IMG/VR virus record: IMGVR_UViG_3300036766_002181
Location: 1-64,000 of that record
DNA length: 64,000 nucleotides
Direction: 5' to 3' (one strand)
In this document: positions 14,231 through 24,353 of the stretch, piece after piece
How the letters are laid out: every line of letters starts with the position of its first letter
Numbering within the stretch: the stretch's first letter is position 1
The notes under the pieces: model-generated
Told to the model about the DNA's origin: nothing
The model's database searches: none
Seen by the model: the letters and a program-made list of their open reading frames with translations, nothing else
Program-made: the position numbers and the translations under genes

Positions 14231-17200
14231 CTAGTCTCGACCAAACATCCATCTAAAAGGATCCCAGACCTGATTGTTGTAGTCGTGAACCTGGCGGCTA
14301 TTAAGCCCCCTGTGGGCCTCTGAGTCAAGATGCTTCCTATACTCGGTTGATCCAGGGGTTGCCCTTGTAACAGGCGAAGGAAGCGAGAAGAAGCCATCTG
14401 AAGTCTTTCCTGTAAGTGGATTTAAAACCCTTGTCTCGACAGACATACCCTTAACGAGAGCCCATTGAGCCTCTGTGTTTTGAAACTGGTTTCTACCAGA
14501 TGCCTCAAACAAGTCGCAGCCGATTGCAAGGCTATTTCCACTCCATACGGCTTTGCCATTTCTTTTTACAAAAAGAGTATGATTTTTATCCAGAATTAAA
14601 CAACCAACCTTTCCAGTATAAAACTGTTTTGTAGCCTGATTTTTTTCATGATGATTTATTCTTGGTTCGTTATGTCTTCGAGATATTGAAACAATATGAG
14701 TTTGATGTTTGCTACGAATTGTTCTTCCATTAATTGTTCCGCCAGTTTGTTTAAGATAGTTTGGGGGCGTAAGAACAATGGAGCTTAATCTAAGCTTTAA
14801 GACAAGCTCGACAACATCTGCTGCCAGGCCTGGGCTTGTTGTAACGTAGTTTGTTAATTCTCCCTTTTTGTTTCTACAACCATCACCTAAAAACAAACCT
14901 AAAAACAATTGTTCTAAAGCCGGGATGTCAAGATCAAGAAATTCTCTTGGTATTCTTTTCGTCGGGGCTATTCCCGGTACAAGGGCCTTTATAAACGTTG
15001 CCAGCCTTGTGTCCATTATTTCAAAACTATTATTTTGTGGCCTATATGCGTAACTGACACCAAGATCGCTTAATCTTTCCAAAAGCTCTTGCATGGGAAT
15101 ATATGCTTTTGATTTATAGCACTGACTTAAAAACAGACGATTTTTATTGCCACTTCCCTCAGATATAAAAAAACCTAAAAGCAACATAAAATCTTTCATT
15201 GGTAGTATTAGGTTTGGTTTTTTTCTTCCATTTTTGGAAGAAAAACCAGGAATTGTTATTGATTCTCTTTTATTACCTTGCCAATTATCTATATTTCTCT
15301 TTAAGCGAAAATGCTTTCCGGTAAGTTTTTCTGCTTCAACAAAGCTCCACGGACGATATGTGTTACCACCGGCACTAACTGAAACAAGCATTCTATGATT
15401 TTCGGTCACAAGCAAATCGACTTGTCTTGTATGGAAATTGATCATCGGCCGATCTACAACAAATTTGTCAACTGTTTCTAAATTGGTTGCCAATTCAAGG
15501 TTTCCAGTTTTTATGTTTAATGAATAAACCATGTCTCCTGACTTTACATCGGAGAAATACTTCCAGCCTTTTTCTGTTAAAACCTCTGTTTCTTGATCGT
15601 AACACATTACAAGATCATCATTTTTTCCTTTGATGGCCTGTGGCTTGTTTCTTTTCCAAATAAAGGTTTGAAGTTCTTCAAAAAGTCTTTTTGAATAAAC
15701 CTTAAGAAAACCATTTCTAAGATTATTTTCAAGCTTTGCCAAGATTTCTTCTCTTGTTCTTTGATTAACTGTTAGGCCAGGAAAATCATTTGGGCCCACC
15801 TCGTTAGAGACATAGGTCATATAAATGTTTTTTTGAAATTTCTCATAAAATAACTTTGGATAGGCGGCCTCTTTAAGTTTTTGGGCGCAGGCAACTCCAA
15901 CGCTGTTAAGTTCCTGACAAATCATGGCCGTGTTATATTGCCTGCCATATTGCATCAAAATTTCTGCAAATTCATCTGGTGGATTTTTTCCTTGAAAGTC
16001 TGCAACAACTTCTTCGGCGGTTGTATCAATAACATGAAATGCAGAAAAATCTTCTCCATCCCCTCTTGCAACGTCTCCAGAAACGATGTACTCGTGTCCT
16101 GGTTCAGGATACTTCCAAATCCACGTTTCATAACGTCCGTGTGCCCTTCTTTCTATTGGTTCCTTTACAGCCAACATAATTTTTTCAAGGGCCTCGCCTT
16201 TTAAAAATGTATCACCTGATGCTTGATAGAGGCAGTTGTGAACTATTAAACTATCTGCAATATAAGAATGATCGTCTTCGACTTCAAGATTATAAACCAT
16301 CTTGCCGCCCGCTTTAAGAGTAGCTTTTTGATATTGAAACCCACCAACAAAATATTCTTTTGGCAAAAGAAAGCTACGAGACGTTGGCCTGTCCAAAAAT
16401 TCTTTTGTATGTACCTGGTCTGTTAGTGTAAAAATATTTCTTTTTTTAGGATCTTTGATTTTTGTTAAACCATCAAATTCAAGATAAGATGGTTCATTAT
16501 TCCAGTAGCCAATTCTAGTGTAATGCCCAAATAACGAAAGAAAAGTTCTAAGCTGATAAAGCATTTTTTCAGACTTGCAAACAACTTTTAACTTATTGTC
16601 AAGATCGTGAAAAAATGGATGATCTCCATCTCCTTCAAAGTGACCAACGATTAGGCCTCGTATAAATTCTTTATTTGTTTTTATAATATTTTCCATATTA
16701 TAATGTTTTGTTCGAGCGTCACCATCATAAATAAAATGTCTTATAAGTGCTCTAGCAAACCTATTGCTACTCAAAATAACATAACATTTCGAATAGGATC
16801 TTTTACAATCAAAATAATTGTAACCAAGATTTGATAAATAATCTCGACAAAACTTACCAAGAGTATCGATTTCTTGGTGGTGGAAAGCCAGGCCGACTAC
16901 GTTATGTCTTACATGGCCTTCTGCGGCGCACAAACCAATAAACCGTCCCAAATTAAAATCAATTGGTATGTATCTTTTTGTTTTTAAACAACTCTTTTGC
17001 CTTGAATATTTTACAAAATTATCTGTTACGGTCTTATTGGCTACGTCGAATTGTGCTAAATCAATATATTTTTTCTTCCTTGAATTGTCTTCTAGTATGT
17101 TTTCAAATTGAAGATGTGGAAAAAGGCATCCGTAGATTACTCTTCGAGTGTGGTTTGTTTCATGCTTCCATAAAAGCAGGTCATCCAAAGATTCAAATTT

Positions 17201-18274
17201 ATTCTCAACCAAAAGATTTTTATGAAGTTTTCTAAAGTGCTTTTTATTGTTTTTTCCCTTTGGGACTTTAAAGGCATAGTTCAAAATTGGATGATTTCCT
17301 GTAATTAAAATATCGTTTTTTCTATTTCCTGGGGTTGAAACAGAATATAGGTTTTCATGTTCGCCAATTTGACGACAATAGGTTTTTTCAACTTTTTTAA
17401 ATCGTCCCTTGTGAGTTAAAACCAGATCCCCAATTTCAATATCCTTTATTTTTTTACAGCCATTTGAAGTTATTATGTTGGTATCTGGTCCCACACATAA
17501 TAATTCCTGCGCCACTCCCATCTCACCTTTTGCCTGGAGAAGGGCTTTTCTTTCTCTTTGAAACCACTTCTCATCTCGTTCAGGATGAACATGCCATGGA
17601 AGCTCAATTGAATGAAAACCATTCTCTCCCTGTTTGGCTCCTATCCATAGATCATAAAACAATCCTTGGGCTCCATTTGGTGTTGAAATAAAAATAACAG
17701 AGCCGCCGTTTGAAAGGGTTGGTTGCAAGCCAAGCCATAGGTCTGAAACGCCCTCAATATGTGCAGCCTCGTCAATAATCATAAGACTTAAGCTTTCAGA
17801 ACGACCTGCATCTGCCGAGGTTGGAATTGCCTTTATCTTTGAACCATTGCTAAAGCTTAAAGATTTTTTTGTATCCTCTGTAAGCTTTGGCATAACAAGC
17901 CAGTCGGGAAGATGATCAAGGGCTGTTCTTACTTTTCTTATGAAGTTCTGGGCCGTGTCTAGCTTGGTAGCAACAACAAGAATGTTTTTCTCTCTCTGAA
18001 ACAGTGCCAACCAGAGGGCATAGGCTGCTGAAGCCGTAGACAATCCAAGTTGTCTGCTTTTATTAACAATTACATACCTGTGTTTTTGAAATGCCTCTAG
18101 GCAGTCTTCCTGATAGGGAAAGGTATGAAACTTAACAAGGCCCTTTTTGGGATGGGATATTTTGACGTATTTGTTTGTGAAATACTTTACGTCAGTACCA
18201 CACTTATAAATCTCTTCGGTTTGTTCTTTCTTATTTGGCCAATAAGAACTTTCTTGGGATTTCAGCTTTGCCAT
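14231..18274 (-). CDS. terL: Terminase large subunit (T4 gp17-like) with two inteins; about 569 aa after splicing
   Basis: Walker A KSRQLGLST, Walker B LMIIDEAAH, motif III ISTPNG, nuclease SGDVARG and DDLVM/SLAI. Confidence 0.95.
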   Translation of the reverse strand: MAKLKSQESSYWPNKKEQTEEIYKCGTDVKYFTNKYVKISHPKKGLVKFHTFPYQEDCLEAFQKHRYVIVNKSRQLGLSTASAAYALWLALFQREKNILVVATKLDTAQNFIRKVRTALDHLPDWLVMPKLTEDTKKSLSFSNGSKIKAIPTSADAGRSESLSLMIIDEAAHIEGVSDLWLGLQPTLSNGGSVIFISTPNGAQGLFYDLWIGAKQGENGFHSIELPWHVHPERDEKWFQRERKALLQAKGEMGVAQELLCVGPDTNIITSNGCKKIKDIEIGDLVLTHKGRFKKVEKTYCRQIGEHENLYSVSTPGNRKNDILITGNHPILNYAFKVPKGKNNKKHFRKLHKNLLVENKFESLDDLLLWKHETNHTRRVIYGCLFPHLQFENILEDNSRKKKYIDLAQFDVANKTVTDNFVKYSRQKSCLKTKRYIPIDFNLGRFIGLCAAEGHVRHNVVGLAFHHQEIDTLGKFCRDYLSNLGYNYFDCKRSYSKCYVILSSNRFARALIRHFIYDGDARTKHYNMENIIKTNKEFIRGLIVGHFEGDGDHPFFHDLDNKLKVVCKSEKMLYQLRTFLSLFGHYTRIGYWNNEPSYLEFDGLTKIKDPKKRNIFTLTDQVHTKEFLDRPTSRSFLLPKEYFVGGFQYQKATLKAGGKMVYNLEVEDDHSYIADSLIVHNCLYQASGDTFLKGEALEKIMLAVKEPIERRAHGRYETWIWKYPEPGHEYIVSGDVARGDGEDFSAFHVIDTTAEEVVADFQGKNPPDEFAEILMQYGRQYNTAMICQELNSVGVACAQKLKEAAYPKLFYEKFQKNIYMTYVSNEVGPNDFPGLTVNQRTREEILAKLENNLRNGFLKVYSKRLFEELQTFIWKRNKPQAIKGKNDDLVMCYDQETEVLTEKGWKYFSDVKSGDMVYSLNIKTGNLELATNLETVDKFVVDRPMINFHTRQVDLLVTENHRMLVSVSAGGNTYRPWSFVEAEKLTGKHFRLKRNIDNWQGNKRESITIPGFSSKNGRKKPNLILPMKDFMLLLGFFISEGSGNKNRLFLSQCYKSKAYIPMQELLERLSDLGVSYAYRPQNNSFEIMDTRLATFIKALVPGIAPTKRIPREFLDLDIPALEQLFLGLFLGDGCRNKKGELTNYVTTSPGLAADVVELVLKLRLSSIVLTPPNYLKQTGGTINGRTIRSKHQTHIVSISRRHNEPRINHHEKNQATKQFYTGKVGCLILDKNHTLFVKRNGKAVWSGNSLAIGCDLFEASGRNQFQNTEAQWALVKGMSVETRVLNPLTGKTSDGFFSLPSPVTRATPGSTEYRKHLDSEAHRGLNSRQVHDYNNQVWDPFRWMFGRD
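14534..15604 (-). mobile_element. Intein 2 in TerL (357 aa) with LAGLIDADG homing endonuclease
   Basis: Begins CYDQETEVLT, ends VWSGN, +1 residue Ser; blocks LLGFFISEGS and FLGLFLGDGC; splicing restores NDDLVMSLAIG. Confidence 0.93.
16235..17497 (-). mobile_element. Intein 1 in TerL (421 aa) with LAGLIDADG homing endonuclease
   Basis: Begins CVGPDTNIIT, ends VYNLEVEDDHSYIADSLIVHN, +1 residue Cys; blocks FIGLCAAEGH and IVGHFEGDGD. Confidence 0.95.
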
Positions 18275-18281
18275 TACCCAT

Positions 18282-18289
18282 ATAAATAT
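18282..18289 (-). promoter_or_regulatory. Putative late-promoter motif ATATTTAT
   Basis: GATATTTATATGGGTAATG directly before the terminase start. Confidence 0.5.
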
Positions 18290-18298
18290 CTGAAAATA

Positions 18299-18745
18299 TT
18301 ATTTTATATCAGCAATTAGGCTTAGGCGATAAAACCCTCTCAGGGTTGGTCTGTGGTATGAAAATGAGATATTGCTGCCGGCATGAATAATCTCTATATT
18401 CTCATGCTCTGTTTCTGGCCTTATCTTAAATTCAATAGATTTTTCATCAGGGAAGGTTTCTTTAAAAAGCTTTGCGGCAGCCTTTAGACTTGCCTTAATT
18501 CGTTCGTGTGCCTCTTTGTTATAATCCTTCATAAAAGTTTCTGTAGAGGCCGTGGTAGGAATTGTTACGGCCATTTGAAACTTAATATTTACAAGCTCCT
18601 CGTTAAGAGCAACCAAGTTTACCTTGTGGGTAGTAACAGCAGGAGTATCTCCTGCGCCAGGACCAGGGGTTCCAAAGGTAAAGTTTAAAATCTGGGATAT
18701 CTGTGTAAATCTCTTGTAGTCTTTAACCGCTGCCATTTTTTGCAC
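18299..18745 (-). CDS. Hypothetical protein
   Basis: 148-aa ORF in the operon-like array upstream of terL. Confidence 0.7.
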   Translation of the reverse strand: MQKMAAVKDYKRFTQISQILNFTFGTPGPGAGDTPAVTTHKVNLVALNEELVNIKFQMAVTIPTTASTETFMKDYNKEAHERIKASLKAAAKLFKETFPDEKSIEFKIRPETEHENIEIIHAGSNISFSYHRPTLRGFYRLSLIADIK

Positions 18746-18748
18746 CCT

Positions 18749-19213
18749 CTATTTTAAATTAAATATGGGTCTGGCAGATATTGCACGTATTAACAGATAT
18801 TCGTGAAAGGATTTGTGCTTTTTAAGTTTTTCGACATTTTTAATAAGCCTTGATTTTTTCCATCTTTTTTCACAGTGTTCGCAGGCTCCAAGACTTCTAT
18901 ATGACATGCTGTCTTCCATTGTCTTCATTGGATATTCGCAAAGGGGACAAAATAGCGGAGTTCTTGTTTTCTCATAATCCTTTGGGGCGATTATAATAAT
19001 TTTCCCGCCTTCCAAAGACGACACCTGTCCGCCGCCGTCAACATCAGAAGAGAGGACTGTCCTTTCAGAAGATTGCTGTTCATCAACGAATATTGCCGGC
19101 ACCAAGGGTTTCAATGTTCGTTTAATGATTCCTTTATATCTTTTTAATCTGAGCTTTTTGCTTCTAAGATGTAGTTTTTTTCGTAGTTTCTTAAACTTGG
19201 TTGTATTGGCCAT
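18749..19213 (-). CDS. Basic hypothetical protein with a CxxC/CxxC zinc site
   Basis: FCPLC...ACEHC; Lys-rich N-terminus. Confidence 0.7.
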   Translation of the reverse strand: MANTTKFKKLRKKLHLRSKKLRLKRYKGIIKRTLKPLVPAIFVDEQQSSERTVLSSDVDGGGQVSSLEGGKIIIIAPKDYEKTRTPLFCPLCEYPMKTMEDSMSYRSLGACEHCEKRWKKSRLIKNVEKLKKHKSFHEYLLIRAISARPIFNLK

Positions 19214-19496
19214 TGGATTCTTCAGACAAAATATAGGACATTGTATTTTCTATATCATCACCTTCTAAAGCCAGAGTATAGCTATCTCTCCATAGATCCT
19301 CTAAAACTTTCAGGCTTTGCAAGGAAATCCTTTTTCTAATCTTAGAAACCTCCTCGTTTATTCTAAGAAAGTTGTCATGAGAATAGTTTGCATTCTCTAG
19401 CAGCCTAGAGATTTTGCCCAGTGACCTTTTTACAAGCATCAAGGTTGGTGCCGTTGTTATAGAGGGCATTGTGGTGGTATTATTTGATTTTGCCAT
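19191..19496 (-). CDS. Hypothetical protein
   Basis: 101-aa ORF tightly packed between co-directional genes. Confidence 0.6.
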   Translation of the reverse strand: MAKSNNTTTMPSITTAPTLMLVKRSLGKISRLLENANYSHDNFLRINEEVSKIRKRISLQSLKVLEDLWRDSYTLALEGDDIENTMSYILSEESNGQYNQV

Positions 19497-19501
19497 GATG
19501 A

Positions 19502-20065
19502 TTATAGTTTTACTCCATTTATTGTTAAGCTATCAAAAAGTATTTCACAAAAAACCTCTCTTGGTTGTTCTCGTAGCCCAAAGGTTATTTGGCCAAGGTC
19601 TATTGCCTTAATTCTTGCTCCTGCAAACTTCCATCTACTTTTAACCCTACCTTCTAACCTATCCTGTTTAAAGGCAATTTCAAAATTAAACTTTGGTTTT
19701 TTGGCTAGTTTTAATAAATTCTCACAACACTCGCCTATGTCGAACAGGCAAACAAAAAGATTTGTTTGCTCGTTTTTTGCATTGTTTGTTCCAAGACCAT
19801 TAAAGGCTGTTTTTGGCAACTCTATAAACTTAACATGTTTTGTGCTTATAAGATTGCCTTCAACCTTTAAGGCAAAGTTATCTCTAAAACGGGGCACATC
19901 CTCCATGCCTCCGTCCTCTTCGTTTGCGGCCTCAAATGCAAGGCGATCCTCTTCGTCCATAATTTTTTCTTTTATTAAATTTAATGCTGCTGGGTCGTCT
20001 TCCTCTGACTGCTGCTCAGAGGAATCTTTCTTTGCAAGAATTATACTTGGTCTTTTAACACTCAT
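19502..20065 (-). CDS. Hypothetical protein, possible tail-tube (gp19-like) fold
   Basis: C-terminal RWKFAGARIKAIDLGQITF...EVFCEILFD resembles the W.l.GA.......G.l......E....i.fD end of tail-tube proteins. Confidence 0.4.
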   Translation of the reverse strand: MSVKRPSIILAKKDSSEQQSEEDDPAALNLIKEKIMDEEDRLAFEAANEEDGGMEDVPRFRDNFALKVEGNLISTKHVKFIELPKTAFNGLGTNNAKNEQTNLFVCLFDIGECCENLLKLAKKPKFNFEIAFKQDRLEGRVKSRWKFAGARIKAIDLGQITFGLREQPREVFCEILFDSLTINGVKL

Positions 20066-23000
20066 AGTGATATAGAACTTTCTATTCCATTGTTCTTAAC
20101 CTCGATAATCTTATCGACAGCTTCTTTTATTACAGAGGAATGTGTTATAACAAAAATTGATTTGAAGTATTCTCTAAACATTGTTAACATCTTAATTCCT
20201 TTTTGAAGATTTTCATCATCCAAGAATCCAAAGGACTCGTCTAGAACAAAGATATCTGGTCTGGGCATTGATGAAAGATTACCAAGGGCAACTCTTATGG
20301 CCAGGCTACAAATGGTCTTTTCCATACCTGAACCAAGCTCGACTAGGCGCTTGCCCTTTCCATCATCAAGATAAATGTCCATAACATTGCCAGTCGTATC
20401 TGTTTCTAAAGAAATAGAGAAATCAACAAGGTTTCCTAAAATATTAGCAATTTCTGCATTTATGGCAGGCAACTGAGTTTTAAGCACCATAGCAGGGATG
20501 CCGTTCTTAGAAAAGGCAGATTGAATGCTATCAATAATTTTAAGCTTAGAAATTAAATCACGATTGTCTTCTTCTTGCTTGACAAGTTTTTGAAGAGTTT
20601 CCTTTCTTCTGCCAAACAAAACCAGACTATCATTTTTTTCTGCTGTCAATGCCGATAGGTCTATAACAATAGAAGCAAGCTGCCCCTGCTTCTTTTGGAA
20701 CTCCTCTCCTGCCACAAAATCAATAGAATCCTGAAGGGATTCTGTTTTGTTTGTTTTTTCTTTGATCTCTCTTTTAAGTGCATCAATTTTTGCTACCGTT
20801 TGTTCTATTGCTGATTTTAATTCTGAAATGGCAGATTTTTTAATAACGATGTTCATCGTTGTTTTTGTCTGTTCAGCCAATTGTTTTTCTATCTCTTCTG
20901 CAAAGTATTTCTTAAGAATCACATAATTTCCCTCATAGTCTGAAACGAGTTTGCCGACAAGTTCCTTTTGTATCTCAATGGTTTCTTTTGCCTTGTGACC
21001 ATCGATAATATAGGGACATTTAGGATATTCGTCACCGCAGGGGATTATTGTTAATTTTTTAACCGATCTTTCTTGAGACTTTAATTCTGATTTTTCCCTT
21101 TCTAGGGAAACCCGCAATTCTCCTACCGTGCTCTCAAGTTCCTTCATTTTTAGCTTATTATTGGTCAACTCGTCTATGTCAAATTTCTTTAATGCCTTTT
21201 CTAACAAACCAAGTTCTGAGATTTCATTTTTTAATTTGTCTTTCAAGTCTTTAAGTCTAACTTCAGCATCTTCCCACTCTCTTTGTGCTGTAAAGATATT
21301 CTGTCTTAACTCGTCTAGGTTTTTTAACTCAACCAAGTTTCCCTGCTGCTCATGGGAACGAAGCCAGACATTGAGGTCGTCTCTTTTGGTATTTAATAAG
21401 CCTAACTTCAATTCTAGCTTTTCTAGAGTTGCCTCTATCTTTGCAATTTCATTTTTGGTTCGTTCGGTTTCAGAGGTCCAATCATCAAGATCAAAGCCCT
21501 CATTTCTTCCATTTAACTTTGCAAAATCATCCTTTGCAAAATCATAAAGCTTGTCAAAGGCATCCAACTCAAGAAAACGATTAAGGGTTTCCTTTCTCTT
21601 TGTGGCCTTATTTTCAATAAACCTATTTAGATTTCCCTGAGAAGAAAAGGCCGTAAGAAGAAAGTCTTCGCCGGTGCCTATCATTTTCTTTATAATTTCA
21701 TCTGTTTCGTCTTTGGTAATCCCATTGATAGAAATCTTTAGCTCTGCTCCAACCTCATCCTTTTTTATTTTCCACAAATTTACCGAGGTAACAGACTTTT
21801 CCTTATCTTTCTTGTCTCTTTCGGTTCTTCGCTCAATCTCATAGTCTGCTCCGCCAACACTTATTCTCACAGCACCAGTGCAATAATCCTTATCTCTATT
21901 AATAATAAGAGCATTTTTAATCGATCCCCTGTCAGTCATATTAAAAAGCACATAGAGAATACCGGCGATTACTGAGCTTTTTCCCACCCTATTAGGACCA
22001 AGAATGCCAATAATACCACTAATCTTGCCGAAATCTAATTCGTTGTTCTCTCCATAGCCATAAAGATTATCAAATTTATAATCCTTAAGCGACCAAACAA
22101 CATTCTTTGCACTAGAGTTCTCTGGCGTTCTAAGAAGCTGCTGTAGATATTCGTGAATAAGTCTTGTGGCCTCAAGATATTGTTCCTCAGAAAGGCTATA
22201 AGAATCTCTGTTCTCGGCAACATAATCCAAGTATAGGCTAATAAGAGTATCAGGATCCTTCACCAGACTCTTTTTAAGAATCTTTATACCACCAGCATCA
22301 AAGAATTCCATCTTTGATGAAACGTCTGTTTTAAATGTAACTTCCGCAGCACCATTTTTTACAAGCTCCAGGGTGAGATTCTTTGCTTCGATCTGAGGAA
22401 TAAATTCTTTGGATATAATTCTAAATCTGGCTCCCTCAACAAATGATGTTTCTTTGTTATGCCAAATCTTTTTATATTCATCTATAGTTTCTTCTACAGA
22501 GCCCTTCCAATCAACCGAAACGAAAGGAGCAAAGTTTGGAATTTGCTTAAAAGTCACATCCCAATCATCTTTGGCTCTTAGATCCCATGTCAAATACCCC
22601 TTCTCTATAGACTCTCCATGATTCTGTTGAATTGTCGAGCCAACAAATCCAATCCAGGGCTTTTCTATTTTGTTTTTGTCAGGTCGATATCCCAAAAATT
22701 GTTTTTTATGGATATCGCCAAGTATGGTAAAGTCATAATCTTTAAAATAATCAACGCTTCTTTCTTCTTTTCCAAAACGCCAGTTTCCATCTGTTTCGCA
22801 ACCCGCCACAGGTCCATGATAAAGGGCTATATTGATTCGATTACTATTTTTATCTGGTTTAATGTCGTCCCAGGTTTCCTTGTCTAACAGGGAATAGGCA
22901 TAAAGATTGGTATTGCAAAAATCAATTTCATAAAGACCACTCTTTTCCATAAGAACCAGATTTGGATTCTTAAGAAGCCTGTGTACAGAAGAAACAAGGC

Positions 23001-23298
23001 TCTCTCTTGTTAAATTTCCAACAGAAATATCATGATTTCCTAAAAGTGTATAACAGGGAGCAATTTTTGCAAACTCCTCAAACATCCAGGCAAGTTCTTT
23101 GATGGACTCTGGCGTGATCCCCGCCATTTTGGTATGCCAAACATCACCACCATTGATTATTAGATCTGGCTTAACCTCTTCTCTTAGCTCTTGAAAAAGA
23201 TATTCAAAGGTTTTTCTGTATTCTCCATGACGAGCAATGCCACGCCAATGGATGTCGCTGATGTTGCAAATTTTTGGTCCCCTGTTGTTTTTAATCAT
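20062..23298 (-). CDS. sbcD-sbcC: Fused Mre11/SbcD nuclease and Rad50/SbcC ATPase (T4 gp47-gp46-like)
   Basis: SDIH, GGD, GNHD, YHG, GDIH phosphoesterase motifs, then Walker A GPNRVGKSS, coiled coil, hook PCGDEYPKC, signature GSGMEK, Walker B VLDESFG, H-loop ITHS, all in one 1078-aa ORF. Confidence 0.93.
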   Translation of the reverse strand: MIKNNRGPKICNISDIHWRGIARHGEYRKTFEYLFQELREEVKPDLIINGGDVWHTKMAGITPESIKELAWMFEEFAKIAPCYTLLGNHDISVGNLTRESLVSSVHRLLKNPNLVLMEKSGLYEIDFCNTNLYAYSLLDKETWDDIKPDKNSNRINIALYHGPVAGCETDGNWRFGKEERSVDYFKDYDFTILGDIHKKQFLGYRPDKNKIEKPWIGFVGSTIQQNHGESIEKGYLTWDLRAKDDWDVTFKQIPNFAPFVSVDWKGSVEETIDEYKKIWHNKETSFVEGARFRIISKEFIPQIEAKNLTLELVKNGAAEVTFKTDVSSKMEFFDAGGIKILKKSLVKDPDTLISLYLDYVAENRDSYSLSEEQYLEATRLIHEYLQQLLRTPENSSAKNVVWSLKDYKFDNLYGYGENNELDFGKISGIIGILGPNRVGKSSVIAGILYVLFNMTDRGSIKNALIINRDKDYCTGAVRISVGGADYEIERRTERDKKDKEKSVTSVNLWKIKKDEVGAELKISINGITKDETDEIIKKMIGTGEDFLLTAFSSQGNLNRFIENKATKRKETLNRFLELDAFDKLYDFAKDDFAKLNGRNEGFDLDDWTSETERTKNEIAKIEATLEKLELKLGLLNTKRDDLNVWLRSHEQQGNLVELKNLDELRQNIFTAQREWEDAEVRLKDLKDKLKNEISELGLLEKALKKFDIDELTNNKLKMKELESTVGELRVSLEREKSELKSQERSVKKLTIIPCGDEYPKCPYIIDGHKAKETIEIQKELVGKLVSDYEGNYVILKKYFAEEIEKQLAEQTKTTMNIVIKKSAISELKSAIEQTVAKIDALKREIKEKTNKTESLQDSIDFVAGEEFQKKQGQLASIVIDLSALTAEKNDSLVLFGRRKETLQKLVKQEEDNRDLISKLKIIDSIQSAFSKNGIPAMVLKTQLPAINAEIANILGNLVDFSISLETDTTGNVMDIYLDDGKGKRLVELGSGMEKTICSLAIRVALGNLSSMPRPDIFVLDESFGFLDDENLQKGIKMLTMFREYFKSIFVITHSSVIKEAVDKIIEVKNNGIESSISL

Positions 23299-23309
23299 TT
23301 ATTCTTTTT

Positions 23310-24353
23310 TTAAACAATTCCGTTTATTTGATTTTTCAGGAACCAGTCTTGATTGTAAACGATAGCATCCTTCAATAGGTTATTAAACTCAGTTTGATCC
23401 CTAAGACTTCCAATGTCTTTTTGATCATTACCAAGAAAAATTATCTTAACCGAAACTCCATTCTCAAAAAATTTCTTTGCAAGCCTGAAGGTACTTTTTT
23501 TGGCATCAGGATCCAGGGCAAGGACAACAGGAGTCTTGTTTGTTACAATTTCTTGAAAAAGTTTAAAATGAGTAGGCAACTCACAGCCAAGCAGGCAGGT
23601 GGCATTATCGGGGCATTTAAGAAGATCAAAGACGCCTTCTACAAGAATCAATTCTTCTTTCCAGTTTATGTTTAATTCATTAAAAACAATGTCATCTCTC
23701 CTAATATGAGGATTTTCATATTTGGGAGAAAGATTATCGCTAATTGCCCTGGCACTGTAGTAGTTAACTCGTCCCAGTTTGTCCAAGGAAGGCACGATTA
23801 CGCGCCCTGGGAGCCCTTCTGAGGCATTTGAGATGCCCAGCCGCCATCTCCATAGGGTTGACTCCTGGCTGGCTCCACGGTCTTTTAAATAATTCAGCGC
23901 AAAATCAACCCTTGGACTGTTTCTATCTGCCGTTGCCAATAAAATAAAGTCATCTGGCAGCTTAACAAACTGATCGCCCAACTGGGCTTCCTTGTCTTTG
24001 TTTCCGTTTATTAAGAGAATATCCTGCTCCAGAAAAGTCTTGGTATAGTGTACCAGAAATTCAGGCTTGTACTTCTTTATGAGAAATTTAAGATTCTTTC
24101 CTGAAAGACCACAAACCCAGCAATGAGAAACCTGAGAATCAATCATTATAGACAATTTCTTCTTAAAGTAAAAGTTTCCCTTTTCCTCCTTGCAGGCAGG
24201 ACAAACAACCTCTATATTCTTTCCGCCAGAAGTAAGTTTATAATCGCCAAAAACCTGATAGCAAAAATCAAGAAATTGACTTTCTGTATAGAGCGTTTGA
24301 TTATTAAATTTTTTGTTGTTATATGGCTTAGATACTATTGTTGTCATCGACAA
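23310..24353 (-). CDS. dnaG: DNA primase-like protein (zinc finger plus TOPRIM)
   Basis: CPAC...HCWVCG; LVEGVFD; LALDPDA; KDIG. Confidence 0.85.
   Translation of the reverse strand: MSMTTIVSKPYNNKKFNNQTLYTESQFLDFCYQVFGDYKLTSGGKNIEVVCPACKEEKGNFYFKKKLSIMIDSQVSHCWVCGLSGKNLKFLIKKYKPEFLVHYTKTFLEQDILLINGNKDKEAQLGDQFVKLPDDFILLATADRNSPRVDFALNYLKDRGASQESTLWRWRLGISNASEGLPGRVIVPSLDKLGRVNYYSARAISDNLSPKYENPHIRRDDIVFNELNINWKEELILVEGVFDLLKCPDNATCLLGCELPTHFKLFQEIVTNKTPVVLALDPDAKKSTFRLAKKFFENGVSVKIIFLGNDQKDIGSLRDQTEFNNLLKDAIVYNQDWFLKNQINGIV

Noticed and set aside
21128-21547. 139-aa Ser/Phe-rich plus-strand ORF
   Set aside because: Typical antisense read of a Glu/Lys-rich coiled coil (Rad50).
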